Source: an uncultured virus (IMG/VR IMGVR_UViG_3300007539_000017)
Taxonomy: Duplodnaviria > Heunggongvirae > Uroviricota > Caudoviricetes
Virus record (IMG/VR): IMGVR_UViG_3300007539_000017
DNA: 20,000 bases
Direction: 5' to 3' (one strand)
In this document: positions 1 through 10,170 of the stretch, piece by piece
Numbering within the stretch: position 1 is the first letter of the stretch
Layout of the letters: every line of letters begins with the position of its first letter
The notes under the pieces: generated by a model
Told to the model about the DNA's origin: nothing
Seen by the model: the letters and a program-made list of their open reading frames with translations, nothing else
The model's database searches: none
Made by a program: the position numbers and the translations under genes

Positions 1-3000
1 GGAGCATTAGCAAAAAACTACTTCAAACTACTTGAAAAAGTAACTGGTGATACAGAACAACAAATAAAAGATAGAATAGCTGTTCCAGTTGGAGAAGCTA
101 TTAGAGGCATATTTGAAATGGGTGAAATACCTACATTCCAAAATATATTTGATGAATTACTCTTCTCTGAAGATATTGATGGAACTTATTTATCATCTTA
201 CTTTAAAGGTACAAGTAGAGAAATAATTGATGCAATGATTGGAGATGATAATCCATTTAATGTATTCCAAGACTTATATACAGAAGCAATGGCAGATATG
301 GATTTGAACTCATTTGGACTTGCTTCTGCCGATATAGGTACAGGACTCTTTAATGTATTAGATAAATACACTGCATTTACACAAATAAAAGGTGATGAAC
401 TAGCTGCAAGAATAGGACAAGGTAATTTATTCCAAGGATTAAATGAACAACTAATAGCAAATATTGGTGGTTCAGATTTTCTTGAGCATGAATTAAATCA
501 AGTATTTACAAGTTTAGCAGATGCATTCAGAGTAAAAATGCCAGATGCTACTGACACTGAAGTTGGTAAGGCAATATTAGACTTCTTAGTTTTCATGGAA
601 ACATTTAACAATCTTGCTGGTAAGAGTATTTCTGATATTGCAGATACATTAGAAATGCTACCTGAAGACTCTGATGCAATGGGTGCATTGAGAGATATGT
701 TAGAAATTTATTTAGACGAAATGACAACTGCAGGTTATTTAACTGAAAGAGAAGTTTTAGCAGCTGGCGATAGTACAACTAAGATGTTACAGCTTTACAA
801 GAATGCTCAATTAGCAATATCTAATGAAATAACAGACGCTAACAAAAAGATGCAAGACGAATTTGGCATAACAGCCGAAATGTCATTAAGACTTGCAATT
901 AAAGCTAAAGAGGCTTTCAAACAAATAAGAGAAGCTGCTACTGCACTAGGAAAACCATTAGAAGACGCAGAATTAACAGATGTATCATTCGGTAAACTTT
1001 TAAATAATTTACAAGATAACAGAAAAGCTATAGAAGCGTATGAAAAAGATATTGCACAATTAAGAGCAAAAGGATTTGAATTTACAGCAGATAGATTACT
1101 ACAAATGGGTCTAGGTGGTAGAGATATAGCGGCTAGAGCTTTAGAAGACCCAATGGCTGCACAGGCTTTAGAGTTTGAATTAATTAAAACTGCTCCTGCA
1201 ACTGCTTCTGATGTAGGTGTTAAGTCTCCATTAATGGATGATGCCTATATGGACCAAATGAACAACTTGGGTATTCAGATAACAGAAAGCTTTGTAAAAG
1301 GTATAGAAGATGGATTCCCAATTATAAGACAAATGTTTGGAGAAATGGGTGAAGAGGTTGTAGCCGCACTTAGAGAAGCACTTGGATTCGGTTCACCATC
1401 TAAAGTTATGATTCAATTTGGTAACTGGACAAGTGGTGGATTTGCACAAGGTATAAAAGAAGGAATACCAAAAACTGAATTAGCTATGCAGGATATGGCT
1501 AAAAATAGTGCGGAAGCATTTAGAGCAATACTAGGAATTAATTCAAACTCTAAATTATTTACACAATACGGACAAAATGTAGCAAATGGTTTTGTAGATG
1601 GTTTAAGAGGAGCTTTTGGGTCAGCTGGTGGAGTAAATGCAGCATTTGATGACTTTGCAGAATTAATAAAAAGATTCGGTGGAAACGTAGAAGCATTTTC
1701 AGCATTCATAGCCTCTACTTATGGTGAAGGAAATTTCCAAACATTCCTTGAAGCATTTATGGATGGTGTTTCTACTAAAGCACAAAAATACACATCTGAC
1801 CAACAAAAAGCTTTCCAGATGGTAACTCAATTAACAGGAGCTGAAAGAGCTAGAAACTCTGCTTTATTAAATGTAATGCAATCTAAAGCAGCTTACGCGA
1901 AACAATTAAGAGACGAAGCTTCATTACAAGATAGAATTGGAGATACTTTAGAGAGGCTAAATAAATTAGAACAAGAAGGTAAACAAGGTAACGTAACTGT
2001 TAAAGAACGTATTGGAATATTACAAAAACTACTTTCTTTAAGAGAGATGGAAAAGAGAGCTGCTGGTGAATATACTGCAAAAGAAGCTCTCGCGATACAG
2101 GATAAAGAACAAGAGGTTAATACTCTTGCAAGAATGTACGATAAAGGTGTCATAAGTGCATTAGAGTTCCAAGCTGCACAAGAAGAACTTTCTGAAATGA
2201 AAGGTGAATTTAAAACACAAGAAGATAAAGAGTTGTTTTTCTTACAACTAGCTGATGCTCAAACAGAATATGAAGATGCACAAGCTGCTGCTTTAAAAAT
2301 AGACCAAGAGCTTGTATCTACAAGAGAAGAATATTTTGGATTACTAGATGAACAAGAGCAAATGACTCTAAGAGTAAAAACAGCACAAGATAAATATTCA
2401 GCAGCTACTGAAGGTGCAGTAGAAGCTGATTTAGCACTAACATCTGCAATATTATATTTTGAAGAGAATATTGGTCCTCATATAGATACACTTTCTACTT
2501 TAGCTGAATCATATGGAGCTATCACAACAGAGGTAGATGGATTAATTGATGCATTAGAAAAATATAAAGAAGGAAGTATTGATAGCATATTTGGACCTGA
2601 TGGTGCTGAGATAACAAAACCATCTATATATGATGAAAACAAAAATAAAGCTGTCGAAGAAGAATTCAATGAATATGTATCAGATGTTAATACAGCTCAA
2701 CTGGGCGATAAAATGAGTTACCAAGAAGCTATGAATACATTTAAAGGTTCTTTTGAAGAAGCAGGACTATTAGATGAATATCAGAAATTTATATACAATC
2801 CACTTTTATCTCCAATTTTTAAACAAGGAACTGCTCTTAATATGGAATCTAATAGATTAAGAGAAGAAGAGCAATTCATGACTAATGCTGATTTAAAAAA
2901 TATAAAAAATATTCTTGATGTATTTAACAATCAAGGTCTAAACAGAATCTTTAGAGAAGAGTCTGGAACTACAATACTAAAACAATTTATTGAATCATTA

Positions 3001-3774
3001 GGTCTTAACTTAACTAGAAAGACTGATGGTTCTGGATACACCTTCTTTGAGAAAAACTTAAAATCTGTAGAAGATAAATTAGGAATATCACTAGGAAAAT
3101 TTTTAGAAAACTTTGGAGATACTTTTACTGGAATTACAAAACAATCTGCAGACGAGATGTCTTCTTCTGCAAAAAATCAAGCATACATTGAAAAAGTATT
3201 AAGTGGCTCACCAGTACATCAAGAAATGGATATGGGTGTAGAAGTAGCTGAAGATAATGGAACAATATATGTTCCACCAGGTTCTGCTTACCCTGCAGTA
3301 TATATAAATTCAGCTGGTGAAGAAAGAATTGTAACAAATGATGCTGCAAGACAAGCTGCACTTAGAGCTGGATATAGAGATACTGGAAGAAGACCTTCTG
3401 GATATGTTCCTCAAGGAATGATGGGGCTAAGAACAAAAGGTTATAAAATGGGTGGAAGAATTCCAGATATGTCACATATTAAACCTAAAAAATATGCAAT
3501 GGGTGGTAGAACTCAAGACCACATGATGAAGCGAGCTCTTGTTGGAGAATATGGCCCAGAAGAAGTAAGATTTGTTCCAGGTTCAGGTTTCTTAGTAAAA
3601 CCACTTACAACAGGTGGTAGGGGTAATAACACCATAGTTCAAAATTTATCTGTTAATGTTACTGGTATACCAGTAGATAATGCTTCTGCTAGAAAAGCAG
3701 CAATTCAAATCAAAAAAGCATTACAAAGATTAGATAGAGAAGGTAACGCTGGTGGAGGTATAAGGAACGTATAA
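1..3774 (+). CDS. Phage tail tape measure protein, 5'-truncated (frame is open from base 1, so ATG 118 is probably internal)
   Basis: Frame 1 has no stop from base 1 (GALAKNYFKLLEKVTG...) to TAA 3772-3774. Long Ala/Glu/Leu/Gln-rich helical protein. Two TMP-type motifs, LGFGSPSKVMIQFG..GFAQGI (from 1381) and LGINSNSKLFTQYG..GFVDGL (from 1531), plus the C-terminal TMP signature YAMGG...ALVGEYGPEE (about 3493-3564). Lies directly upstream of the tail-tip genes. Confidence 0.9.
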   Translation, partial: GALAKNYFKLLEKVTGDTEQQIKDRIAVPVGEAIRGIFEMGEIPTFQNIFDELLFSEDIDGTYLSSYFKGTSREIIDAMIGDDNPFNVFQDLYTEAMADMDLNSFGLASADIGTGLFNVLDKYTAFTQIKGDELAARIGQGNLFQGLNEQLIANIGGSDFLEHELNQVFTSLADAFRVKMPDATDTEVGKAILDFLVFMETFNNLAGKSISDIADTLEMLPEDSDAMGALRDMLEIYLDEMTTAGYLTEREVLAAGDSTTKMLQLYKNAQLAISNEITDANKKMQDEFGITAEMSLRLAIKAKEAFKQIREAATALGKPLEDAELTDVSFGKLLNNLQDNRKAIEAYEKDIAQLRAKGFEFTADRLLQMGLGGRDIAARALEDPMAAQALEFELIKTAPATASDVGVKSPLMDDAYMDQMNNLGIQITESFVKGIEDGFPIIRQMFGEMGEEVVAALREALGFGSPSKVMIQFGNWTSGGFAQGIKEGIPKTELAMQDMAKNSAEAFRAILGINSNSKLFTQYGQNVANGFVDGLRGAFGSAGGVNAAFDDFAELIKRFGGNVEAFSAFIASTYGEGNFQTFLEAFMDGVSTKAQKYTSDQQKAFQMVTQLTGAERARNSALLNVMQSKAAYAKQLRDEASLQDRIGDTLERLNKLEQEGKQGNVTVKERIGILQKLLSLREMEKRAAGEYTAKEALAIQDKEQEVNTLARMYDKGVISALEFQAAQEELSEMKGEFKTQEDKELFFLQLADAQTEYEDAQAAALKIDQELVSTREEYFGLLDEQEQMTLRVKTAQDKYSAATEGAVEADLALTSAILYFEENIGPHIDTLSTLAESYGAITTEVDGLIDALEKYKEGSIDSIFGPDGAEITKPSIYDENKNKAVEEEFNEYVSDVNTAQLGDKMSYQEAMNTFKGSFEEAGLLDEYQKFIYNPLLSPIFKQGTALNMESNRLREEEQFMTNADLKNIKNILDVFNNQGLNRIFREESGTTILKQFIESLGLNLTRKTDGSGYTFFEKNLKSVEDKLGISLGKFLENFGDTFTGITKQSADEMSSSAKNQAYIEKVLSGSPVHQEMDMGVEVAEDNGTIYVPPGSAYPAVYINSAGEERIVTNDAARQAALRAGYRDTGRRPSGYVPQGMMGLRTKGYKMGGRIPDMSHIKPKKYAMGGRTQDHMMKRALVGEYGPEEVRFVPGSGFLVKPLTTGGRGNNTIVQNLSVNVTGIPVDNASARKAAIQIKKALQRLDREGNAGGGIRNV

Positions 3775-5132
3775 TGCATCAAATACATTTAGGAAGAATT
3801 AGTTTTATATCTCCAGGAACACTACAACTTAGTGCAGGACCTGATGGAAAAAGTTTGTCTATCAGTGGTAAATTTGGTGGTGTTGAACATACTATTGACC
3901 ATATAAAATACTTAAGAGATGAGCTTCAATCAATGTCAACTATGGATGAACATGTCCCTTTTATTTACGATGGTGATACTACATTAAATGGATATGTTAA
4001 AGTAGTTAGTTCTAGTGTGGATATACAAAAATATTTACAAGGTGGAATTAGCTATGATATTAATTTAGAATACATAGGTAAAGTAGGTGATGTACAATTT
4101 GAATCAAGACTTACTGGAGCTTTATTAGAAAACGATTTTATAACTACAGCAACAAATCAACAATTTCATGCTGCACCAGGAAATAACTTTGCTTTTATAC
4201 ATAATTCATTACCTGGAAGAGCATTAAGAGTTGCTAGAGATTTAACAAGCAGTACAGCATCTGATACAACAAATTTATATATAAATCAATCAAGTATATT
4301 GAGAAATAATAACTCTATATATAATTTGGATATTAGTGATTACTACAAAGGATGTTGTCAAATAAGAATGGGAGAACATATGGAAAAATCTTCTCCAGGA
4401 GCTTCTGATACAGTAGTTCAAAGTATCAAATGTGGTAAATACGCTGGAGACTGGTCTGTAGGAGATACATTAGTTCTTGATAATGGAATTATAAAAATGG
4501 TTTTAGGAACAAGTACTGCTACTTCCAGTTTTAATACTTTTATATGGGATGTAAATCAATATGCTACAGAACAAGAATGGGTATTTTCCGAAGGAGACCC
4601 AGCCTCAGCCTCTGACCAACATGGTGAATTATTCTTAGGTTGGCACAGAGTACAAATACTCGTTAATAGACCAGAATTAGTTGTAGTTAGATGTACTACT
4701 TATAAAGATAGTGATACAAGAGGTAAAAGACTTGTGGTAGACTTTTCATTAAGAAGAGGAGCGCATCACATAGGCGTAATAACAAATTACTACACTGCTG
4801 GTACAAAAATAAATATTGCTTTAGAGTCAGCTCCATCAACTGCTCCAGATGTAACAAATATATTAAATGGTTTTATTAAAGATGGTTCTTCTTCTCCAGA
4901 AGATGGAAATTATTGGATTCTAGGTGGGTTAAAATCTTTAGATTCAGATACATCTATAACAGACAGAGGTATGTTGAGAAACAATGCTAATGGTTCTGTT
5001 TTTGGTTTTATGGTTGGATATGAATTAATTGACCCAAATACAAATGCTGCTTTATCTCACAATACTGCTAGCAATGTATACAAACAATATGTTGACAATA
5101 TAAATGAATTTCAAAAAATGGTAAAAGCATAA
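3774..5132 (+). CDS. Minor tail protein, probable distal tail (Dit-like) protein, 452 aa
   Basis: TAATG overlap with the tape measure stop, with AAGGA shortly upstream. Beta-rich composition. The position between tape measure and hub is the canonical Dit slot in siphoviruses. Function is inferred from synteny only. Confidence 0.55.
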   Translation: MHQIHLGRISFISPGTLQLSAGPDGKSLSISGKFGGVEHTIDHIKYLRDELQSMSTMDEHVPFIYDGDTTLNGYVKVVSSSVDIQKYLQGGISYDINLEYIGKVGDVQFESRLTGALLENDFITTATNQQFHAAPGNNFAFIHNSLPGRALRVARDLTSSTASDTTNLYINQSSILRNNNSIYNLDISDYYKGCCQIRMGEHMEKSSPGASDTVVQSIKCGKYAGDWSVGDTLVLDNGIIKMVLGTSTATSSFNTFIWDVNQYATEQEWVFSEGDPASASDQHGELFLGWHRVQILVNRPELVVVRCTTYKDSDTRGKRLVVDFSLRRGAHHIGVITNYYTAGTKINIALESAPSTAPDVTNILNGFIKDGSSSPEDGNYWILGGLKSLDSDTSITDRGMLRNNANGSVFGFMVGYELIDPNTNAALSHNTASNVYKQYVDNINEFQKMVKA

Positions 5133-5824
5133 TGCCTATTACAGAAAAATTAATGTCACAAGGTCAAGTAATAGTAACTTTAGATTTATCTTTGGTGCCA
5201 AATTATATTTTGAATTCTATACAGCCATGGGACCAAATTGTAATAACAGACTCAGAAATGGAAGCAGCAGAGTGGATAGATAGTGTAATGTTACCTTCAT
5301 CAGAATATGTAGGTGTAATACAGTCTTTATCTATTGAGCCAGAAACAGCAGAAATTGAAGGAGTTGGTATATCTGTTTACCTTGGAGATTCTGACAATAA
5401 AGGATTAGGTGTGAGTGAAATACAAAACGATGGTTCATCTTCTAGAGTCTATGAAGATAATACATTAGAATACGTAATTAATAATAATAATGGACAACCT
5501 TATGGATTGCTTAGAAATAATGACAGCGGAAGATTAAGAAGTGTTTGGCCTGGAACTATAACTGAAAAAACTATTCAAGATACCGACTTACTTTTAAATT
5601 TTGAAGGCACAGATGGTGATACAGATTATGACGATGAGACCGATTTAGAACATAACTTAGAATTTTACGACACAGCAAAAATATCAGACGACCAAGCAAA
5701 ATTTGGTAATACAAGTTTATATTTAGATGGTGATGGTTATGTATTAGTTGACTATCACCCAGGATTTCATCCTGCAAAAAATGACTTTACAATAGAGTGG
5801 TGGGAGTACAGGTTACAACCGTGA
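5132..5824 (+). CDS. N-terminal part of a tail hub/baseplate (Tal-like) protein ending in the first half of a LamG/concanavalin-A-like domain, 230 aa
   Basis: TAATG overlap with the upstream gene. Hub-like N-terminus (YVGVIQSL...EIEGVGISVYLG). From 5582 it reads DLLLNFEG...AKISDDQAKFGNTSLYLDGDGY...DFTIEWW, the usual start of phage LamG-type domains, then stops at TGA TAG. Confidence 0.7.
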   Translation: MPITEKLMSQGQVIVTLDLSLVPNYILNSIQPWDQIVITDSEMEAAEWIDSVMLPSSEYVGVIQSLSIEPETAEIEGVGISVYLGDSDNKGLGVSEIQNDGSSSRVYEDNTLEYVINNNNGQPYGLLRNNDSGRLRSVWPGTITEKTIQDTDLLLNFEGTDGDTDYDDETDLEHNLEFYDTAKISDDQAKFGNTSLYLDGDGYVLVDYHPGFHPAKNDFTIEWWEYRLQP

Positions 5825-5828
5825 TAGT

Positions 5829-8800
5829 ATGCCTCAATTTGATTTAGAAAACGCTGAAGTAAGTTCAAACTTTGTTGATAGATTAATACTTAATGAAGCT
5901 ATCGTTCCTTTTGTATATTGGGATTTAAAAAATGCAGGTCAAACTGTTCTTAAAACTGGAGCAGCTCCTGACCCAAATATAAGTAAGTTTCAACAAAGTG
6001 GTACTGGAATGACTGGTGCTGGATATTGGTCCAAATGCCCTCTTGACCCAAATAGACATGTTATGGACTTATTAAAAAACACTACTCCTACTTTTGGTAT
6101 AGGAAATACATTAGATGCTTTTATAAAACCAGGTACTACGTCACCATGGCCTAAGAATGCTGAGGGTCTTAAGTTTAGTAATGATAACCATAGATTAAAT
6201 CTTTATGACGTTTTACATGACGAAGATAAAGGTATAGCTGTAATAATAAATGGAACTTGGTACAACATATACTTTCCAATAGAACATGATTTATCATACG
6301 CTACTAATAGTACAGGCGGAGGCTGGATAGATACTAACCAAAGTGGTACAGATGATGATGGAGTTGGTAACACAGGTGTAGTACAAAACAATGAACCAAT
6401 ACCTATAAGATATACTGGAGATGGAAGTTCAGTAACCAGAAGTGATGGGATAACTATAATAAAAGCTAGACCATCTTATGCTCTTTTAAAACAATTAGTA
6501 GCAACTCCTGTAACAGTCAAGTATGCTGTTGGAGTTAAAGAAGCTTTTTACAGATGGGATAAAACAGGTTCTGTATGGGTTAAAGAATTAGATTCCAATA
6601 ATAACACCATATTAGAAGCTGATTGTTTTCCTTATGACACAACAATAGCTCAAGAACATTTTGATATGATGGTTGATATAGCTTGGCATAAAGGAACTGG
6701 AGGTTTTAAACATTCATGGTTTGTACAAGTTTATAAATATGATGGTACAGAAGATACGTTAAGAGATGGTAGTCAGATAACTTCTGCTTCTGATTTGGAG
6801 GCATACAAGGATGCTGCTTATGCAATGGGATTTTTTGGTGTAGTTTATGACAAAAATACAAAAAAATATTATTTTAAACAATGGGCTGTAGATAGATACA
6901 GAAAACATATTCAAACTTTACTAAGAGGAAGTCATTTTAGTGGAAACTTATCTACAATGACTCCTCAGTTTGGAGTTGACCCAAATCCAATTGCTGATTC
7001 TAGGAACTGGTATCAAGGACATGACATAAATAAAAACTGGTTTTACGCACCTGATGCTTGGTATGGTGGATATTTTACTGCCCCAGGTGGTGTAAATGGC
7101 TGGAGTGTAAGAGGTGGTCAAGCAGCACAAGGTGGTGTTAGTAACCCATCTAATATTGCAGACTCGGCAATTAACCCAAATACTATTACTGAATCAGCAG
7201 ATAATTCACCAATAACTATAGAAAATTTAATAGAAAATTTAGAAACCTTACCATTACCTTCTACAGACTTTTGGCAAGGTAAAAACTCTACAGGAGCAAA
7301 TGTCGACTATTCAGATTATTATTCAGGAGCTCGTTCTATATTTGATTCAGATGCTGGAACTGTTGATTATTGGAGTACTGACCCAAACTTTCAAGCTTAT
7401 TATTCTAAATATTGGCAAGATGGTTCATCATGGTTTCATGGAACTACTGCTTATTCAAAACCTAGAGCTAAAACTAAATGGGGTGCTGTATTAGCATCTA
7501 CGCAACATAATTCACTTCCTTCTTTTATGATTGGACTTAATGAAAATGGTCAAGGAACATCTAAAGTCTATATGAGGTCAGTAACGTCAACTAGTAAGGT
7601 TTTAAATGGTGTAGCTACTGATGATTGCTTTGACATAGCTAATGGAAAATCTTTAGGAACAATTGACTATGGTCAATGGAATCACTTTGCTATTACAAGA
7701 GAAGGAAACAACTTTTACACATTTAAAAATGGAACTATGGTAGATAGTTGGAGAAGCGACAAAACAATTAAAATACCACAACCTGATACAAAATTATGGT
7801 TATCTACTGGATTAAATTTATCAATTGGTTTATCACAAAATGCAGACCACTTTTATGGATATTTAGATGGTTTAAGAATTACTAAAGGAACTGCTAAACA
7901 TCAAACAGATACTAGCACAGGAATAGTAAGCTACAGTGTTCCAACTAGCGCACCAGAAACAGAAGATGCACAAACTAGTTATAGTGGAACTCATTATTTG
8001 GAAACAGTGTTAACTGCTTTAAATAGAATTGCAACACAACTAGATATTGAGTGGAAAGTAAGAATAGGTACAACAGCAGATGATACAGATAGGCCAATAC
8101 CTTCAGGAACTAACGTTGGAAAAGTTTTATTAGATATTGGACCTAGAACAAGTCTTTTTGTTGGTCATGGTGTAAATGAATATGCAGAAACTATTGTTGT
8201 TAGGGGAACTTCTGGTGAAGACCCAACAATAACAGGTATAGACCCATCAAGTATTAAATCATCTTTTGATGCTAGAGAATATGTTTCTACAGTAGAGTAT
8301 CTTGAAACAATAGGTGGACAAAACTTTGATACATTAGATGTTACCGATGATGCAATACCTTACCGCGACATAAACGGCAATTTACTTGAAAGAGTTGTTT
8401 ATGCTTCAGAACCTCAACATCCACATATATCTAAAGAAGAAAGAGCTAGAGCTTTCTTAAAAGAACTTAAGAGAGTTAAAAGGTCAATAGATTTAGATTT
8501 GGATTATTACGATATTCAAGGTGATTTTGAAGTTGGAGATAATATATTTATTTATGACCCTGAGCTAGGTTTTGAAGATAATGAAGCTAAGAGAATTGAA
8601 GATGGAAGAACAGCTTTATTCGAAGTTGCTTTTCAAGGCGAATATATAAATCCAGAAAAAATAAGAGTTACCTCAATTACACATCCTATTAAATCAGGTA
8701 TGGGTATTTATTTAAGAAGACTAAGAACCCCATCTTCTCAAGAAGTAGAATATATAGATTTGACACCATATGTACAATTTGAATCTGGTGGTGCAAGGCT

Positions 8801-10166
8801 TGAAGTTGGAGACCTTCCACTTAAATTAGGTGATGACTTAAGATTTTCTCCTACAGTAACTGGTATTACAGCAGGTTCTAAAGTAACATTTCCTGGAAAA
8901 GTTAGAGACCCAGATAATACATCTACTAATGGTATTAATTTGACATCTGGATTTATTCAAGATGCTTTAGGTGCTCAACAAGCAATAATAAAAATAGAAT
9001 GGGTTGTACCTTTAAATGAGGACGGCTCAATAATACAAAATGGTTCTCATTACAATATTAGATATAGAAAAACAGGAACTACTGACCCTTATACCGAAAG
9101 CGCAGTAACTTGGGGTCAAGAAACTTATACAATAGAAGGATTAGCTTTAGATACACAGTATGAAGTAGGGGTTCAACCAGTAAACTCTAATGGAGCAACA
9201 GGAGATTACGTAACTGATTACATAACAACTGCCGTAGATACAGTAGCTCCACTTAAACCAGACCAAGCCGTAACAATAGCTCCTGGTGCAACACGTGTGC
9301 AAATAATACACAATTTAGGAGCAGCAGAAGATATAAATAGAAATCCTGTTTCTAATGTTATTGATTTTACACTCCAAAATGATATTGACCATTTAAATGT
9401 TTATTACTCACAATCATCAGGTTTTTCTATATCTGGTATGACACCTAAAGGACAAATACCTGTAACTGCTTCACATTTAAGAAATGAAATACCTGCTATA
9501 GGTGAAGTACAAGTAGCTAATGGTGAAAATTATTACTGGAGATTTACTGTAGTTGACAAAGCTGGAAATGAGTCAGACCCTTCTGAAGAACAAGAAGCTA
9601 GAGGTAATTTAGTAGAAACACAAAATATAGGAACCGCTGCTATTACTGAAGCTAAGATTGCTAATTTAGCAGTTACTACTGCAAAGATTGTAGATGCTGC
9701 TATAACTAATGCTAAGATTGATGACACTATTCAATCTGATAATTACCAGCAAGGTGTACAAGGTTGGATAATACAAAAACAAAATGCTAATTATCCAAAT
9801 GGATATGTGGAGTTTTCTGATGGTGTTTTTAGAGGTAGCCTTACAGCCGAAACTGGTTCTATTGGTGGATGGGATATATCTGAAGATACTTTATCTGCTG
9901 ATTACACTACAGGCGGTACAACTTATTACCTAACTCTTGATGCTACTGCTGGTACAATAGAGGGTAACTATACTGCTGGTAGTTCAGGTTGGAAAATTGC
10001 TGCTGATGGTTCTGTAGAGTTTAATGATGGAAACTTCAGAGGAGATATAACTGGTGCTACTGGTACTTTTAGTGGAGGAATAAATATTGGAAATGGAACA
10101 TTTGTTGTAAATTCTCAAGGTGGTGTAACCTTAAGTGCAATAACTGGATTCCATATAACACCTTAA
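5829..10166 (+). CDS. Large minor tail/central fibre protein, 1445 aa: unknown N-terminal domain, LamG C-terminal half, hub remainder, two FN3-like domains and gpJ-like fibre repeats
   Basis: GQWNHFAITREGNNFYTFKNG...FYGYLDGLRITKG (about 7656-7900) is the LamG C-terminal signature. Hub-like segment at about 7977-8830 (ending DFEVGDNIFIYDP...IRVTSI). FN3 patterns IEW..YNIRYRK..YTIEGLALDTQYEVGVQPVN and YYWRFTVVDKAGNES (about 8900-9600). (AITxAKI)n repeat at about 9627-9720 and IQSDNY..GW...EF.DG.FRG repeats resemble the C-terminal region of lambda gpJ-type proteins. Confidence 0.85.
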   Translation: MPQFDLENAEVSSNFVDRLILNEAIVPFVYWDLKNAGQTVLKTGAAPDPNISKFQQSGTGMTGAGYWSKCPLDPNRHVMDLLKNTTPTFGIGNTLDAFIKPGTTSPWPKNAEGLKFSNDNHRLNLYDVLHDEDKGIAVIINGTWYNIYFPIEHDLSYATNSTGGGWIDTNQSGTDDDGVGNTGVVQNNEPIPIRYTGDGSSVTRSDGITIIKARPSYALLKQLVATPVTVKYAVGVKEAFYRWDKTGSVWVKELDSNNNTILEADCFPYDTTIAQEHFDMMVDIAWHKGTGGFKHSWFVQVYKYDGTEDTLRDGSQITSASDLEAYKDAAYAMGFFGVVYDKNTKKYYFKQWAVDRYRKHIQTLLRGSHFSGNLSTMTPQFGVDPNPIADSRNWYQGHDINKNWFYAPDAWYGGYFTAPGGVNGWSVRGGQAAQGGVSNPSNIADSAINPNTITESADNSPITIENLIENLETLPLPSTDFWQGKNSTGANVDYSDYYSGARSIFDSDAGTVDYWSTDPNFQAYYSKYWQDGSSWFHGTTAYSKPRAKTKWGAVLASTQHNSLPSFMIGLNENGQGTSKVYMRSVTSTSKVLNGVATDDCFDIANGKSLGTIDYGQWNHFAITREGNNFYTFKNGTMVDSWRSDKTIKIPQPDTKLWLSTGLNLSIGLSQNADHFYGYLDGLRITKGTAKHQTDTSTGIVSYSVPTSAPETEDAQTSYSGTHYLETVLTALNRIATQLDIEWKVRIGTTADDTDRPIPSGTNVGKVLLDIGPRTSLFVGHGVNEYAETIVVRGTSGEDPTITGIDPSSIKSSFDAREYVSTVEYLETIGGQNFDTLDVTDDAIPYRDINGNLLERVVYASEPQHPHISKEERARAFLKELKRVKRSIDLDLDYYDIQGDFEVGDNIFIYDPELGFEDNEAKRIEDGRTALFEVAFQGEYINPEKIRVTSITHPIKSGMGIYLRRLRTPSSQEVEYIDLTPYVQFESGGARLEVGDLPLKLGDDLRFSPTVTGITAGSKVTFPGKVRDPDNTSTNGINLTSGFIQDALGAQQAIIKIEWVVPLNEDGSIIQNGSHYNIRYRKTGTTDPYTESAVTWGQETYTIEGLALDTQYEVGVQPVNSNGATGDYVTDYITTAVDTVAPLKPDQAVTIAPGATRVQIIHNLGAAEDINRNPVSNVIDFTLQNDIDHLNVYYSQSSGFSISGMTPKGQIPVTASHLRNEIPAIGEVQVANGENYYWRFTVVDKAGNESDPSEEQEARGNLVETQNIGTAAITEAKIANLAVTTAKIVDAAITNAKIDDTIQSDNYQQGVQGWIIQKQNANYPNGYVEFSDGVFRGSLTAETGSIGGWDISEDTLSADYTTGGTTYYLTLDATAGTIEGNYTAGSSGWKIAADGSVEFNDGNFRGDITGATGTFSGGINIGNGTFVVNSQGGVTLSAITGFHITP

Positions 10167-10170
10167 AATT

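Noticed and set aside
118..120. ATG 118 as the start of the tape measure gene
   Set aside because: The frame is open from base 1 with the same composition, so the true start most likely lies upstream of the window.
5824..7480. Self-splicing intron or intein explaining the split LamG domain
   Set aside because: The insert is entirely coding with no room for an evident ribozyme core. No LAGLIDADG, HNH-nuclease or GIY-YIG motif and no intein C/S...HN-C/S/T boundaries were recognised.
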